DNA of 64,000 nt, from contig VHDH01000001.1 in NCBI GenBank assembly GCA_016871445.1, positions 875-64,874 of the forward strand, written 5' to 3'. This DNA comes from Verrucomicrobiota bacterium. GTDB taxonomy: Bacteria > Verrucomicrobiota > Verrucomicrobiia > Limisphaerales > SXTU01. Positions 10,367 to 21,621 of this stretch are shown here, piece after piece. The notes below the pieces were generated by a model that was not told the origin of the DNA, ran no database searches, and was given only the letters and a program-made list of their open reading frames with translations. Within the stretch, counting starts at the first letter, position 1; each line of letters starts with the position of its first letter. Made by a program: the position numbers and the translations under genes.

Positions 10367-10448
10367 AGGCCGCACTTTGGAATTGAACGGCCCGTGTCGC
10401 TTGCTAGCCTGACGACGCATTTCCAAACCGCACGCAACCGTTCTTACC

Positions 10449-11498
10449 ATGAGCAACACCGCAAATCTTTATCCCAAGCTCCACAACGCCATGTGGCCAG
10501 GCCTCGTCGGCAAGGGCAGCCCGGGCGCCGAGCCATTCATTGATCTCGATACCATGCTCGACCTCACCGCTAAAGCCGAGGTCAACGGCCAGAAATTCGA
10601 CGGCGTGGATCTCTTCCTTTACGACCCGCACACGAACATTGATATCAGCGACGACGGCATCAAGGCGCTCGCCGATAAGATCGCCGGCAAGGGCTTCGTC
10701 GTCGGCTCCGTGGTCGCGCCCGTGTGGTTCGACGGCAATGCGATGGGCGACGAAGCCAAGCGTGCCGGTTGGGTCACGGCGGTCAAGAAGGCCTGCCGCA
10801 TCGGCCAGAAGTTGCGCCAACTCGGCATCCGGCCCTACGGCATCGTGCGCATCGACTCCGCTGCCGGCGTGGCGGACTGGGATAAGGATCCCGTCGGCAA
10901 TACCAAGCTTATCGCGCAGACCTTCCGTGAAGGCGCAGCGGTCGCCGCCGACCACGGTGAGCGGCTCGCGGCCGAAGGTGAAATTTGCTGGGGCGGCATG
11001 CACTCGTGGCGCAATATGGTTAATCTCCTCGAGGAAACCGACCGACCCGGCCTCGTCGGATTCCAAGCGGACATGGCACACACGCTCCTTTACACCTTGG
11101 GCTATAACGCCGAAAAACATGCCATTCTCCCCGCCGGCTACGACTGGAAGAACAAGAACACACTCCTCTCCGCGCTCAAGCAGCTCACCAAGGCGCTGCG
11201 GCCGTGGACGATTGATTTCCACGTCGCACAAAACGACGCGACGGTGAAAGGCTCCGGCGGCCACGACAAGACCGGCAAGCACTGCCAAGTGGATGATCCT
11301 AACGGCAAGCTCGACATCCCCGTGCACGCCGGTTACTGGCTGCGCGATGAGCAACGCAATTTGACCAAGGCCTGCATGCACATTTGTTGGGACGGCTGCA
11401 TGTTCCCCAACGAGGTTTTGATGAAGCAGGACACTTGGAACAAAATTCTTGGTGCGATGATCGCCGTGCGCGAGAGGCATGGCTGGAGCACGCTTTAA
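10449..11498 (+). CDS. Sugar phosphate isomerase/epimerase (xylose-isomerase-like TIM barrel)
   Basis: Metal-binding pattern [30 protein letters not shown]; strong codon bias. Confidence 0.8.
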   Translation: MSNTANLYPKLHNAMWPGLVGKGSPGAEPFIDLDTMLDLTAKAEVNGQKFDGVDLFLYDPHTNIDISDDGIKALADKIAGKGFVVGSVVAPVWFDGNAMGDEAKRAGWVTAVKKACRIGQKLRQLGIRPYGIVRIDSAAGVADWDKDPVGNTKLIAQTFREGAAVAADHGERLAAEGEICWGGMHSWRNMVNLLEETDRPGLVGFQADMAHTLLYTLGYNAEKHAILPAGYDWKNKNTLLSALKQLTKALRPWTIDFHVAQNDATVKGSGGHDKTGKHCQVDDPNGKLDIPVHAGYWLRDEQRNLTKACMHICWDGCMFPNEVLMKQDTWNKILGAMIAVRERHGWSTL

Positions 11499-11576
11499 GC
11501 CGGCTCACATTAAGTTTACCACTGGGTAAATCCACCGTTGCCTTGGCCCCGGGCTCTCCCCATCTTGACCGTGGTT

Positions 11577-11939
11577 ATGGACGTTCTCCATCTCGACTCC
11601 GTGCCCGCCTTCACCACTAAGGACGGTTCCGAAATCCGCGAGTTGCTGGCGTATCGCAACTCTGCCATCCGCAACCAGTCGCTGGCCGAGGCGCGGGTGC
11701 CGGTAGGCGGCTGCACGATGGAGCATTATCACGCGAGGACGGAGGAAATTTATTACATCACCCATGGTACGGGCCGAATGCGCATCGAGGCTGAGGAGCG
11801 CGACGTGCGCGCGGGCGACGCCGTGGCCATTCCGCCCGGCCAGAAACACAAGCTTTGGAACACCGGATCTGAGGTGCTGCGCTTACTATGCTGCTGCGCT
11901 CCGTGCTACGAACATCAGGATACTTTTATCACCGAATGA
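11577..11939 (+). CDS. Cupin domain protein (mannose-6-phosphate isomerase-like)
   Basis: Cupin motifs HYH...EEIYYITHGTG and GDAVAIPPGQKHKLWN; ATG at 11577. Confidence 0.9.
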   Translation: MDVLHLDSVPAFTTKDGSEIRELLAYRNSAIRNQSLAEARVPVGGCTMEHYHARTEEIYYITHGTGRMRIEAEERDVRAGDAVAIPPGQKHKLWNTGSEVLRLLCCCAPCYEHQDTFITE

Positions 11940-12187
11940 AACCCTCTCGCGTCCGCCTCTTCATCAAGCCTTATTGCCCGTGGTGCTCCAAAGCCGAGGA
12001 TTGGCTCGATGCGCGAGGCGTTGAATATGAAGTGCTCAACGTCATGGCTGACGATAAGGCTTACAACGAGATGGAACGCCTCTCCGGCCAGACCCTCGCC
12101 CCGACCATCGAGGTGGACGGCCAGGTGCTCGGAGACTTCGGACCGCCGGAAATCGAGAAATGGTGGAAGAAGAATGGTTGGGAGTGA
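11936..12187 (+). CDS. Glutaredoxin family protein
   Basis: CPWC active site, SGQTLAPTIEVDG; ATG at 11936 overlaps the cupin stop (ATGA). Confidence 0.9.
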   Translation: MKPSRVRLFIKPYCPWCSKAEDWLDARGVEYEVLNVMADDKAYNEMERLSGQTLAPTIEVDGQVLGDFGPPEIEKWWKKNGWE

Positions 12188-12194
12188 TTTTTAG

Positions 12195-13079
12195 ATGGAG
12201 ACCCTCGCTGCCCCACCTCCCACCCGTCCGCGCCTGCCGGAATGGCTCCGCCTCTCGTTGCCCACGAGCAGCGCGTTCACGAGGACTCGGGAGCTGCTCA
12301 ATGACCTCAAGCTGCACACGGTCTGCGAGAGCGCGAAGTGTCCGAACCATTGGGAATGCTGGAGCAAGGGCACGGCCACCTTCATGATCGCTGGTGACCG
12401 CTGCACCCGCGCGTGCGGCTTCTGCGCCGTCTCGACTGCCAAGCCGCTCGCGCTCGAGGCCGACGAGCCGCAGCGCGTGGCTGAGGCAACGCGGCGCATG
12501 GGCCTCAAACACGTCGTCATCACTGCCGTGGCGCGCGACGACCTCGCGGACGGCGGTGCGGAACATTTCCGGCAGACCATCGAGGCCACGCGCGCGGCAA
12601 ATCCCGGCCTCATCATCGAGGTGCTGGTGCCGGATTTTCTGGATCAAGACGAATGCATCGCGACCGTGCTCGCCGCGAATCCGGAGATTTACAACCACAA
12701 CCTCGAAACCGTGCGCCGCCTCACCCCCGCGGTGCGGCATCGGGCAACTTACGACCGCTCGCTCTCTGTGCTGGCGAAGGTGAAGGCGCGGCGTCCCGAT
12801 ATATTTACAAAGTCCGGCGTGATGCTCGGTCTGGGTGAGACGGAGGCGGAGGTGCTCGTAGCGATGGAAGACTTGCGCCGCGCGGGTTGCGATATTCTCA
12901 CGCTCGGCCAATACCTTCAGCCCACGCTGAAACATCTACCGGTCGTGGAGTTCATCCACCCGGACCAGTTTGCGGAGCTGGGCGCGCGCGCGGAGGCGAT
13001 GGGCTTTGTCCACGTCGCCAGCGGGCCCATGGTGCGGAGCAGCTACCACGCAGAGGAGTTCACACCGACTACGGGATAA
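12195..13079 (+). CDS. lipA: Lipoyl synthase
   Basis: CESAKCPNHWEC auxiliary cluster motif, radical SAM CTRACGFC, HNLETV, C-terminal RSSY. Confidence 0.97.
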   Translation: METLAAPPPTRPRLPEWLRLSLPTSSAFTRTRELLNDLKLHTVCESAKCPNHWECWSKGTATFMIAGDRCTRACGFCAVSTAKPLALEADEPQRVAEATRRMGLKHVVITAVARDDLADGGAEHFRQTIEATRAANPGLIIEVLVPDFLDQDECIATVLAANPEIYNHNLETVRRLTPAVRHRATYDRSLSVLAKVKARRPDIFTKSGVMLGLGETEAEVLVAMEDLRRAGCDILTLGQYLQPTLKHLPVVEFIHPDQFAELGARAEAMGFVHVASGPMVRSSYHAEEFTPTTG

Positions 13080-13098
13080 GCCCTTTTCTACGCTAGTG

Positions 13099-14538
13099 TC
13101 AGCCAAAGAGCCGCGTGAGCGGGCTGCCGCTCTCGACGATGGGAATCGGGCGGCCCTCGCGATTGTGCAGCATCAGCTCGGGATCAATGCCAAGGGACCA
13201 ATACAACGTCTTGGCGAGATCTTCGGGGCTGACCGGATGCTCGGTCACGTAGGCCGCGTGGGAATCGCTGGTGCCGTAAACTGCGCCACCGCGAATGCCA
13301 CCGCCGGCGAGCAAGCAGGGAAAGCAAGTGCTCCAATGATCACGACCCCAGCCCGCGTTGGCTTTGGGCGTGCGGCCCATCTCGCCAACGGCCACGACGA
13401 GGGTCTCAGCCAACAACCCGCGTGAATCCAGATCGGCGATCAAGGCTGAGGCGGCCTGATCAAAGGTGGGCAACAAGTGTTTCTGAACATCCTCGTTATT
13501 GCGGTGCGAGTCCCAACTGTAACCGTCCACACAGTCGTAATGCACCGTGACGAAACGCACGCCGCTCTCCACCAGCCGCCGGGCGAGCAAGCACGACTGG
13601 CCAAAGAGATGGCGACCGTAGGCGTCGCGCAGGCGGGCTGGCTCGCGGCGAATGTCAAGTGCGCCACGAGCCTGCTCGGAGGTGGCCAGCGCCAGCGCGC
13701 GCCGGCGGTGACGATCGAGATTGGTGGCCGCGCCGCCATCAATCCGTCGTTGCACCGTCTCAAACTGCTCGAGTAGCGAGGCGCGCTCGCGCAGCGTCCT
13801 GATCGGCACTTCCGGCGCCAGCCCTTCGAGGACAAAAGAGAGCTCCTCCTCCGTGCAATCGCGCCAGTAGGGGTTGTCATTTAGGTCGCGCTTGTCCACC
13901 CGCGTGGTAAGCGGGTTGAAGCCGCCACCCAGCCACCCGGCATATTCGCCCGGGCGGCGGTATTGCCCGTTCTCCTGCAGCCGACCAAGCGAGTTTGGCA
14001 CGGTCGCATAAGCCGGCAGGCTGCGGTCCAGACCGCCGGGCGCCTGCTGGGCCAGATACTCCACCACGCTCCCGATGGACGGCCAGTCCTGCGGCGTGGC
14101 CACGAACCCGCCGCCCACCGGCACCTGCCAACGCTTGCCAGTCTGCATGTAATGCCCGCCGCCGCTGTGGTCGTTGAAGGTGTGCGTCATCGAGCGAATG
14201 ACACAGTATTTGTCCGAAATGGCGGCTAGTCTTGGCAGCATCTCAGAAATGAGCAGCTCCGGCGTGCGCGAGCGGATGGGCCGGTAGGGCCCGCGGATGT
14301 TTGCTGGCGCGTCAGGCTTCAGATCAAAGGTCTCCAACTGGCTCGGCCCGCCAAACAGGAAGAGGAAGATCACCGACTTGGCCTTCGTCACGGGCTGCGA
14401 CCGCGGGGTCGCCTCCTGCGCGGCGAGCACCTTTGGAAGAGTCAATCCGAGCAGCCCCGCCCCGCCGATCTCCAGCAGGCGCCGGCGGCTGACCGCGCCG
14501 GAGCGAGTCGCCGCGAGCGGACGCCGAATGGTGAGCAT
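13099..14538 (-). CDS. DUF1501 domain protein (PVC-expanded family, Tat-like leader)
   Basis: SRRRLL leader; GGPSQLETFDLKP, LLARRLVESGVRFV, WDSH, GEMGRTPK, GRDHW. Confidence 0.9.
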   Translation of the reverse strand: MLTIRRPLAATRSGAVSRRRLLEIGGAGLLGLTLPKVLAAQEATPRSQPVTKAKSVIFLFLFGGPSQLETFDLKPDAPANIRGPYRPIRSRTPELLISEMLPRLAAISDKYCVIRSMTHTFNDHSGGGHYMQTGKRWQVPVGGGFVATPQDWPSIGSVVEYLAQQAPGGLDRSLPAYATVPNSLGRLQENGQYRRPGEYAGWLGGGFNPLTTRVDKRDLNDNPYWRDCTEEELSFVLEGLAPEVPIRTLRERASLLEQFETVQRRIDGGAATNLDRHRRRALALATSEQARGALDIRREPARLRDAYGRHLFGQSCLLARRLVESGVRFVTVHYDCVDGYSWDSHRNNEDVQKHLLPTFDQAASALIADLDSRGLLAETLVVAVGEMGRTPKANAGWGRDHWSTCFPCLLAGGGIRGGAVYGTSDSHAAYVTEHPVSPEDLAKTLYWSLGIDPELMLHNREGRPIPIVESGSPLTRLFG

Positions 14539-14584
14539 GGTTAGGAAATGCCACTATCAGTCTCTTACAGCAACTGCTTTCTCC

Positions 14585-14848
14585 ATGCGACTTACCGACC
14601 TCAGTGAGCCTAAAGGCGAGGCCCTCTCGAAGATCACCCCGGTCGCATTCACCGCCGCCGCGCTGGAGCAGCACGGGCGGCACATGCCCGTCTTCACGGA
14701 CAGCCTCCTCTGCGGCGAGGTCATCCGCCGGGCCAGCGAGAAGCTCGGGGACCGTGTGCTCTTCGCCCCGCTCCAGTGGCTCGGCAATTCCGAGCGCCAT
14801 ATGGATTTGGGATTAGCCGGTTTCCTCGCGTGGATGGGAAAATCTTAA
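14585..14848 (+). pseudogene. Truncated creatininase/creatinine amidohydrolase family N-terminal fragment
   Basis: ALEQHGRHMPVFTDSLL...VLFAPLQWLGNSERHMD matches the creatininase EQHG.H.P..TD and G.S.HH motifs; the frame stops after about 87 codons, and family members are about 250 aa. Confidence 0.75.
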
Positions 14849-14873
14849 AAGGCGTCTCGCGTCGAAAAAACCC

Positions 14874-14891
14874 TTGTGAAACATTTCACGT
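14874..14891. promoter_or_regulatory. Palindromic operator upstream of the atp operon (Rex box or CRP/FNR-type site)
   Basis: TTGTGAA-ACAT-TTCACGT versus the Rex consensus TTGTGAA-N4-TTCACAA; also TGTGA-N6-TCACG versus CRP TGTGA-N6-TCACA; about 70 bp before atpB. Confidence 0.5.
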
Positions 14892-14960
14892 CGCGGCAAT
14901 CTACGCCCCTTTCGTCCCTAGCGCAGGGAGTAATATCATCTTCGCGCGGGGACCAACGAA

Positions 14961-15878
14961 GTGAAATACGTTTTCAGAGCATTTTTAGCGGCGGTGCTTT
15001 TGGTCTTGCTGCCAGCTGAAGTTCAGGCGGCTAGCGGAGGTGAGCACCCCGGTTTGCCTCTATATGCGCCGGAGTTCCAAGTCGGCCCGCTACAATTCAC
15101 TAGCTCGATGATCATCACTTGGATTGTGGCGCTGGGACTGATTGCGTTCGCGCAGATGGCGACCCGGAACATTCAGATGGTGCCGAGCGGTCTGCAGAAC
15201 TTTGCGGAGTGGTTGGTCGAGGGGATGTATGACTTCTTCACGGAGATACTGGGTAAGGAACTGGTCAAAAAGACGTTCTGGTTCTTCTGCACGTTGTTCA
15301 TCTTCATCCTGTTTACGAACTGGTTTGGCCTAGTTCCCGGCGTGGGCACAGTGGGTTGGGGAACTCCTGACGCATCAGGGCACCTCCATCACATCTCCCA
15401 GCCGGTTCTTCGCGGCGGCAACGCGGACTTGAACATGACGCTGGCCATGTCGCTGACGTTCTTTCTCCTTTGGACGGTATGGTCGCTGCAAGCACTCGGG
15501 GCCGGTGGGTTTCTCAAGCACATCTTTAGCGGAGGCGACAATGGCAAAGGCTTCATGGCCTTGTTAATGATGGCGATTTTCTTCTTCGTTGGCGTGATTG
15601 AGGTCATCTCCATCGCATTTCGGCCTGTGTCTTTGAGCTTTCGTCTCTACGGCAACATTTTCGCCGGCGAGAACATCCTCGAGTCCATGATGGAGCTCAT
15701 TCCGTGGTTGGGCTGGCTTTTGCCGCTGCCGTTTTACTTTCTCGAACTGCTCGTCGGGCTGGTGCAGGCGCTCGTTTATGCGCTGCTAACCTCGGTTTTC
15801 ACCGCGCTGATGTGCGCGCACCATGACGAGGGTCATGGCGAAAGCCACAGCCACGGGGAGCACAAGCACGCACACTAA
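14961..15878 (+). CDS. atpB: F1Fo ATP synthase subunit a
   Basis: NWFGLVPG, NADLNMTLAMS, RPVSLSFRLYGNIFAGE (essential Arg), LELLVGLVQALVY. Confidence 0.96.
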   Translation: MKYVFRAFLAAVLLVLLPAEVQAASGGEHPGLPLYAPEFQVGPLQFTSSMIITWIVALGLIAFAQMATRNIQMVPSGLQNFAEWLVEGMYDFFTEILGKELVKKTFWFFCTLFIFILFTNWFGLVPGVGTVGWGTPDASGHLHHISQPVLRGGNADLNMTLAMSLTFFLLWTVWSLQALGAGGFLKHIFSGGDNGKGFMALLMMAIFFFVGVIEVISIAFRPVSLSFRLYGNIFAGENILESMMELIPWLGWLLPLPFYFLELLVGLVQALVYALLTSVFTALMCAHHDEGHGESHSHGEHKHAH

Positions 15879-15884
15879 ACAATT

Positions 15885-15923
15885 TCAGCCGCTGGACCGT
15901 GGGCAAACCGCGGAGGCGGCTGA
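15885..15923 (+). other. Stem-loop between atpB and atpE
   Basis: TCAGCCGC (15885-15892) pairs with GCGGCTGA (15916-15923); inner CCGTGG/CCGCGG stem. Confidence 0.55.
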
Positions 15924-15952
15924 TGTAACACAAAACACGAAAGGCAAAAACT

Positions 15953-16162
15953 ATGCTGCCCATGTTTGCTGAAATGGGAGGATTGGTTCACGTCGGCTTG
16001 GCCGGTCTCGGCTCGGCCATCGGCGTGGGTCTCATCGGCATGAAGGCCGCCGAAGCGACCGGACGCAATCCGGGTGCTGCCGGCGCCATCCGCAACCAGG
16101 CGATCATCTTCGCCGCGTTGGCGGAAGGCGTGGTCTTCTTCGCCATCTTCCTCGTGAAGTAA
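15953..16162 (+). CDS. atpE: F1Fo ATP synthase subunit c
   Basis: Two hydrophobic helices, GLAGLGSAIGVG glycine stripe, GRNP loop, ion-binding Glu in ALAEG. Confidence 0.95.
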   Translation: MLPMFAEMGGLVHVGLAGLGSAIGVGLIGMKAAEATGRNPGAAGAIRNQAIIFAALAEGVVFFAIFLVK

Positions 16163-16169
16163 TCTTGCG

Positions 16170-16195
16170 GGCGCGGAGCCGCGCGGCTCCGCGCC
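16170..16195. repeat. Perfect 26-bp GC-rich palindrome between atpE and atpF
   Basis: GGCGCGGAGCCGCGCGGCTCCGCGCC equals its own reverse complement; no U-tract follows. Confidence 0.8.
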
Positions 16196-16220
16196 TTGCA
16201 ACCTTTCGGAAGCAAATTTT

Positions 16221-16772
16221 ATGAACCTGTATCCTATTCTTGCCGCCGCTGCCGCCGAGTCTGGCGGTCCGGTAAAAGTCATCGCCGAGCAGTTCGGCGT
16301 GAAATGGCAGCTTCTCATCTCGCAGATCATCCTCTTCGTCATCGTCGCGCTCGCGCTCAAGAAGTTCGCCTACGGGCCGATCCTCGAGATGCTGGAGCAG
16401 CGCCGCACACGCATTGCCGAGAGCCTCGCCAACGCCGACAAGATCAAGGCCGAACTCGCCAACGCCCAGGCCAAGACGCAGGAGTTGATCGGTCAAGCCA
16501 GCCAGCAGGCGACCAAGATCATCGAGGAAGCCCGCGCTGCCGCCGCGAAAGTGGCCGAAGCCGAGCGCCAGAAAGCCATCGCTGACGCCGCAAGCATCAT
16601 CGTAAAGGCCAAGCAGTCCAACGATGCCGAACTGGCCCGCATGAAAGGCGAGCTACGGCAGGAGTTCGGCCGCCTCGTCGTGGCTGCCGCCAGCCGCGCC
16701 ACTGGCGACATTTTGAACGCCGATCAGAAGGGCCGCCTCGCAGACAACGCGGTGCGCCAGTTGGCCGCCTAA
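16221..16772 (+). CDS. atpF: F1Fo ATP synthase subunit b
   Basis: TM helix then KKFAYGPILEMLEQRRTRIAESL and a long Ala/Glu/Lys coiled coil; operon position. Confidence 0.95.
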   Translation: MNLYPILAAAAAESGGPVKVIAEQFGVKWQLLISQIILFVIVALALKKFAYGPILEMLEQRRTRIAESLANADKIKAELANAQAKTQELIGQASQQATKIIEEARAAAAKVAEAERQKAIADAASIIVKAKQSNDAELARMKGELRQEFGRLVVAAASRATGDILNADQKGRLADNAVRQLAA

Positions 16773-16789
16773 ACTGTTTTTACCCGCGC

Positions 16790-17182
16790 ATGAAAGTTGG
16801 CAAACAATCCCGTCGCGATGCCAAGGTGCTCTTCGCCGCCTGCTGCGTTGGCGGCTTGCTCGACGAGGCGAAAATTCGCCAGGCCGTCGCCGCCGTCATT
16901 GCGCAAAAGCCGCGCGGTTACGTCGGCACGCTCACGCATCTCCAGCGCCTCGTGAAGCTGGATCTCGACCGCCGCTCCGCGCGGGTGGAAAACGCCGTCG
17001 AGACCACGCCCGCCCAGCGCGAAGCCGTTCAGACCGCGCTCGCCGCGAAATACGGGCCCGGCATGAACGTGACTTTTGCCGTTAACCCCGCGCTGATTGG
17101 CGGCCTCAAGATCAAGGCGGGTAGCGACATTTATGATGGCAGCGTGGCGGGACGCCTCGCGGCTTTGAACGACACACTTTGA
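16790..17182 (+). CDS. atpH: F1Fo ATP synthase subunit delta (short form)
   Basis: C-terminal VNPALIGGLKIKAGSDIYDGSVAGRL delta/OSCP motif; position between atpF and atpA. Confidence 0.9.
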   Translation: MKVGKQSRRDAKVLFAACCVGGLLDEAKIRQAVAAVIAQKPRGYVGTLTHLQRLVKLDLDRRSARVENAVETTPAQREAVQTALAAKYGPGMNVTFAVNPALIGGLKIKAGSDIYDGSVAGRLAALNDTL

Positions 17183-17203
17183 TTTCTGACTGAACGAATT
17201 GCT

Positions 17204-18730
17204 ATGAGCTCCATCCTGCAAGACATCGAAGCCCAGATCGCGGGCATTAAAACCTCTGTTTCCCGCCAGAACGTCGGCGTCGTCCGCGAAGTCTCCGACG
17301 GCGTGGCCAAAATCGAGGGCCTCACCGACGTGATGCTCAACGAGATGATTGACTTCGGCAACGGCGTCATCGGCATTGCGCTCAACCTCGAAGAAACTGA
17401 AGTCGGCGCGATCGTCCTCGGCGACTACCTCAGCATTCGCGAAGGTTCTGAGGTTAAGACGACCGGCAAGTTACTTTCCGTGCCCGTTGGCAAGGGTCTG
17501 CTCGGCCGCGTGGTGGACACCCTCGGCCGACCCGTGGATGGTAAAGGCCCAATCACCGCGACCGCGCAATATCCAGTCGAGAAAATTGCGCCCGGCATCG
17601 TAAAGCGCAAATCCGTCAGCCAGCCGCTCCAGACCGGCATCATGGCAGTGGACGCGATGATCCCCGTCGGCCGCGGCCAGCGCGAGTTGATCATTGGCGA
17701 CCGCTCGACCGGCAAGACCACGATCGGCGTGGATGCAATGATTAATCAGGCCCGCATCAACAAGCAGAACGCCGGCCAAAAGGACTTCCGCCCGGTTTAC
17801 AACATCTACGTCGCCGTCGGCCAGAAGCAGTCCAACATCGCGCGCGTCATCTCCGAGTTGGAGAAAGCCGGCGCGATGGAATACACGATCGTCGTGGCCG
17901 CCGGTGCGGACGCGCCCGCTTCCGCGCAGTATCTCGCGCCCTTTGCTGGTGCTTCGATGGGCGAGTGGTTCATGGATAACGGCATGGACGCGCTTATCAT
18001 TTATGATGACCTGTCGAAGCAGGCTGTTGCGTATCGCCAGGTGTCGCTCGTGCTTAAGCGCCCATCCGGCCGCGAGGCGTATCCCGGTGACGTGTTTTAC
18101 CTGCACTCCCGCTTGCTCGAGCGCTCCGCGCGCGTGAACGAAAAAAACGGCAACGGCTCACTCACCGCGCTGCCGATTATCGAAACGCAAGCCGGCGACG
18201 TATCGGCTTACATCCCCACGAACGTGATCTCGATCACAGACGGCCAGATATACTTGGAAACGGATTTGTTCTACCAAGGCATCCGCCCCGCAATTTCCGT
18301 CGGTCTCTCCGTCTCCCGCGTCGGTTCTGCCGCCCAGATCAAGGCGATGAAGCAGGTCGCCGGCAAGATCAAGCTGGAGTTGGCGCAGTTCCGCGAACTC
18401 GCCGCCTTCGCTCAGTTCGGCTCCGACCTCGACGCCAAGACGCAGGCCACGCTGGAGCGCGGTAAGCGCATCGTCGAGCTGTTCAAACAGAACCAATACA
18501 ACCCAATCCCCGTCGAAGTGCAGGCCGCCGTGCTATGGTCCATGCAAAATAACTTCCTCGACGATGTGGCGGTGGACAAGGTGAAGGACTTCCAGAACAA
18601 GCTCACCGACTACCTCAGCACCCGCAAGAGCGCATTGCTCGACAAGATTCGTATTGAAAAAGCGATCAACGACGCGCTCGCCGCGGAGTTAAAGGCCGCC
18701 TTGACTGAGTTCAAGCAGAGTTACCGTTGA
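17204..18730 (+). CDS. atpA: F1Fo ATP synthase subunit alpha
   Basis: [51 protein letters not shown]. Confidence 0.99.
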   Translation: MSSILQDIEAQIAGIKTSVSRQNVGVVREVSDGVAKIEGLTDVMLNEMIDFGNGVIGIALNLEETEVGAIVLGDYLSIREGSEVKTTGKLLSVPVGKGLLGRVVDTLGRPVDGKGPITATAQYPVEKIAPGIVKRKSVSQPLQTGIMAVDAMIPVGRGQRELIIGDRSTGKTTIGVDAMINQARINKQNAGQKDFRPVYNIYVAVGQKQSNIARVISELEKAGAMEYTIVVAAGADAPASAQYLAPFAGASMGEWFMDNGMDALIIYDDLSKQAVAYRQVSLVLKRPSGREAYPGDVFYLHSRLLERSARVNEKNGNGSLTALPIIETQAGDVSAYIPTNVISITDGQIYLETDLFYQGIRPAISVGLSVSRVGSAAQIKAMKQVAGKIKLELAQFRELAAFAQFGSDLDAKTQATLERGKRIVELFKQNQYNPIPVEVQAAVLWSMQNNFLDDVAVDKVKDFQNKLTDYLSTRKSALLDKIRIEKAINDALAAELKAALTEFKQSYR

Positions 18731-18757
18731 GACCGATTTCCAAGACTGTAGGCTAAC

Positions 18758-21101
<2,344 letters not shown>

Positions 21102-21105
21102 CTGC

Positions 21106-21148
21106 TTACGCATTACGCACTACGTAATGAGTAATGCGTGATGCGTAA
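21106..21148. repeat. Heptamer-periodic inverted repeat in the atpD-atpC spacer
   Basis: TTACGCA TTACGCA CTAC ... GTAATGCGTGATGCGTAA; 18-bp arms with 2 mismatches. Confidence 0.7.
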
Positions 21149-21157
21149 CCAAAAGAC

Positions 21158-21568
21158 ATGGCCGCGACCCTCAAACTCGAAATCGTCACCCCGGAGGCGA
21201 AGATCTACTCCGAGGACGTGGACATGGTCACGCTCCCCGGCGTCGAAGGTGAGATGGGCATCTACCCGATGCACATCCCGCTGATGACGCAGATTGCCCA
21301 CGGCGAGATCGTGGCCCGCAAAGGCGGTGTGGATCATTACCTTGCCACGGGCGAGGGCTTCGTGCAGGTGACCGGTGATCGCGTGGCCATTCTGACCGAC
21401 ATGGCTATGAAGGCTGACGACATTGACGAAGCCAAGGCCGAGGAAGCCCGCAAGAAGGCCGAGGCCCGCCTCGCCGAGAAGCTCACTGACGAGGAAAACG
21501 CAACCGTTCAGGCTGCGCTGCTCCACTCGATGACGCAACTCAATGTCAAGCGACGCAATCGCCGGTAG
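21158..21568 (+). CDS. atpC: F1Fo ATP synthase subunit epsilon
   Basis: LEIVTPE, LPGVEGEMGIYPMHIPL, GFVQV, C-terminal helical hairpin. Confidence 0.97.
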   Translation: MAATLKLEIVTPEAKIYSEDVDMVTLPGVEGEMGIYPMHIPLMTQIAHGEIVARKGGVDHYLATGEGFVQVTGDRVAILTDMAMKADDIDEAKAEEARKKAEARLAEKLTDEENATVQAALLHSMTQLNVKRRNRR

Positions 21569-21588
21569 CAGCTGGTTGTCCATTTCCG

Positions 21589-21621
21589 AGCGGTGGACTT
21601 CGGTCCACCGCTATTTTTTTT
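21589..21621 (+). terminator. Intrinsic terminator of the atp operon
   Basis: AGCGGTGGAC-TTCG-GTCCACCGCT perfect 10-bp stem with cUUCGg loop, followed by A and T8. Confidence 0.9.

Noticed and set aside
10404-11480. Long antisense ORFs (e.g. 10404-11480, 12042-12935, 25285-26286, 36031-37014, 48835-49953, 51346-52260)
   Set aside because: They are shadows of well-supported genes on the opposite strand, expected in GC-rich DNA, and show no family motifs.
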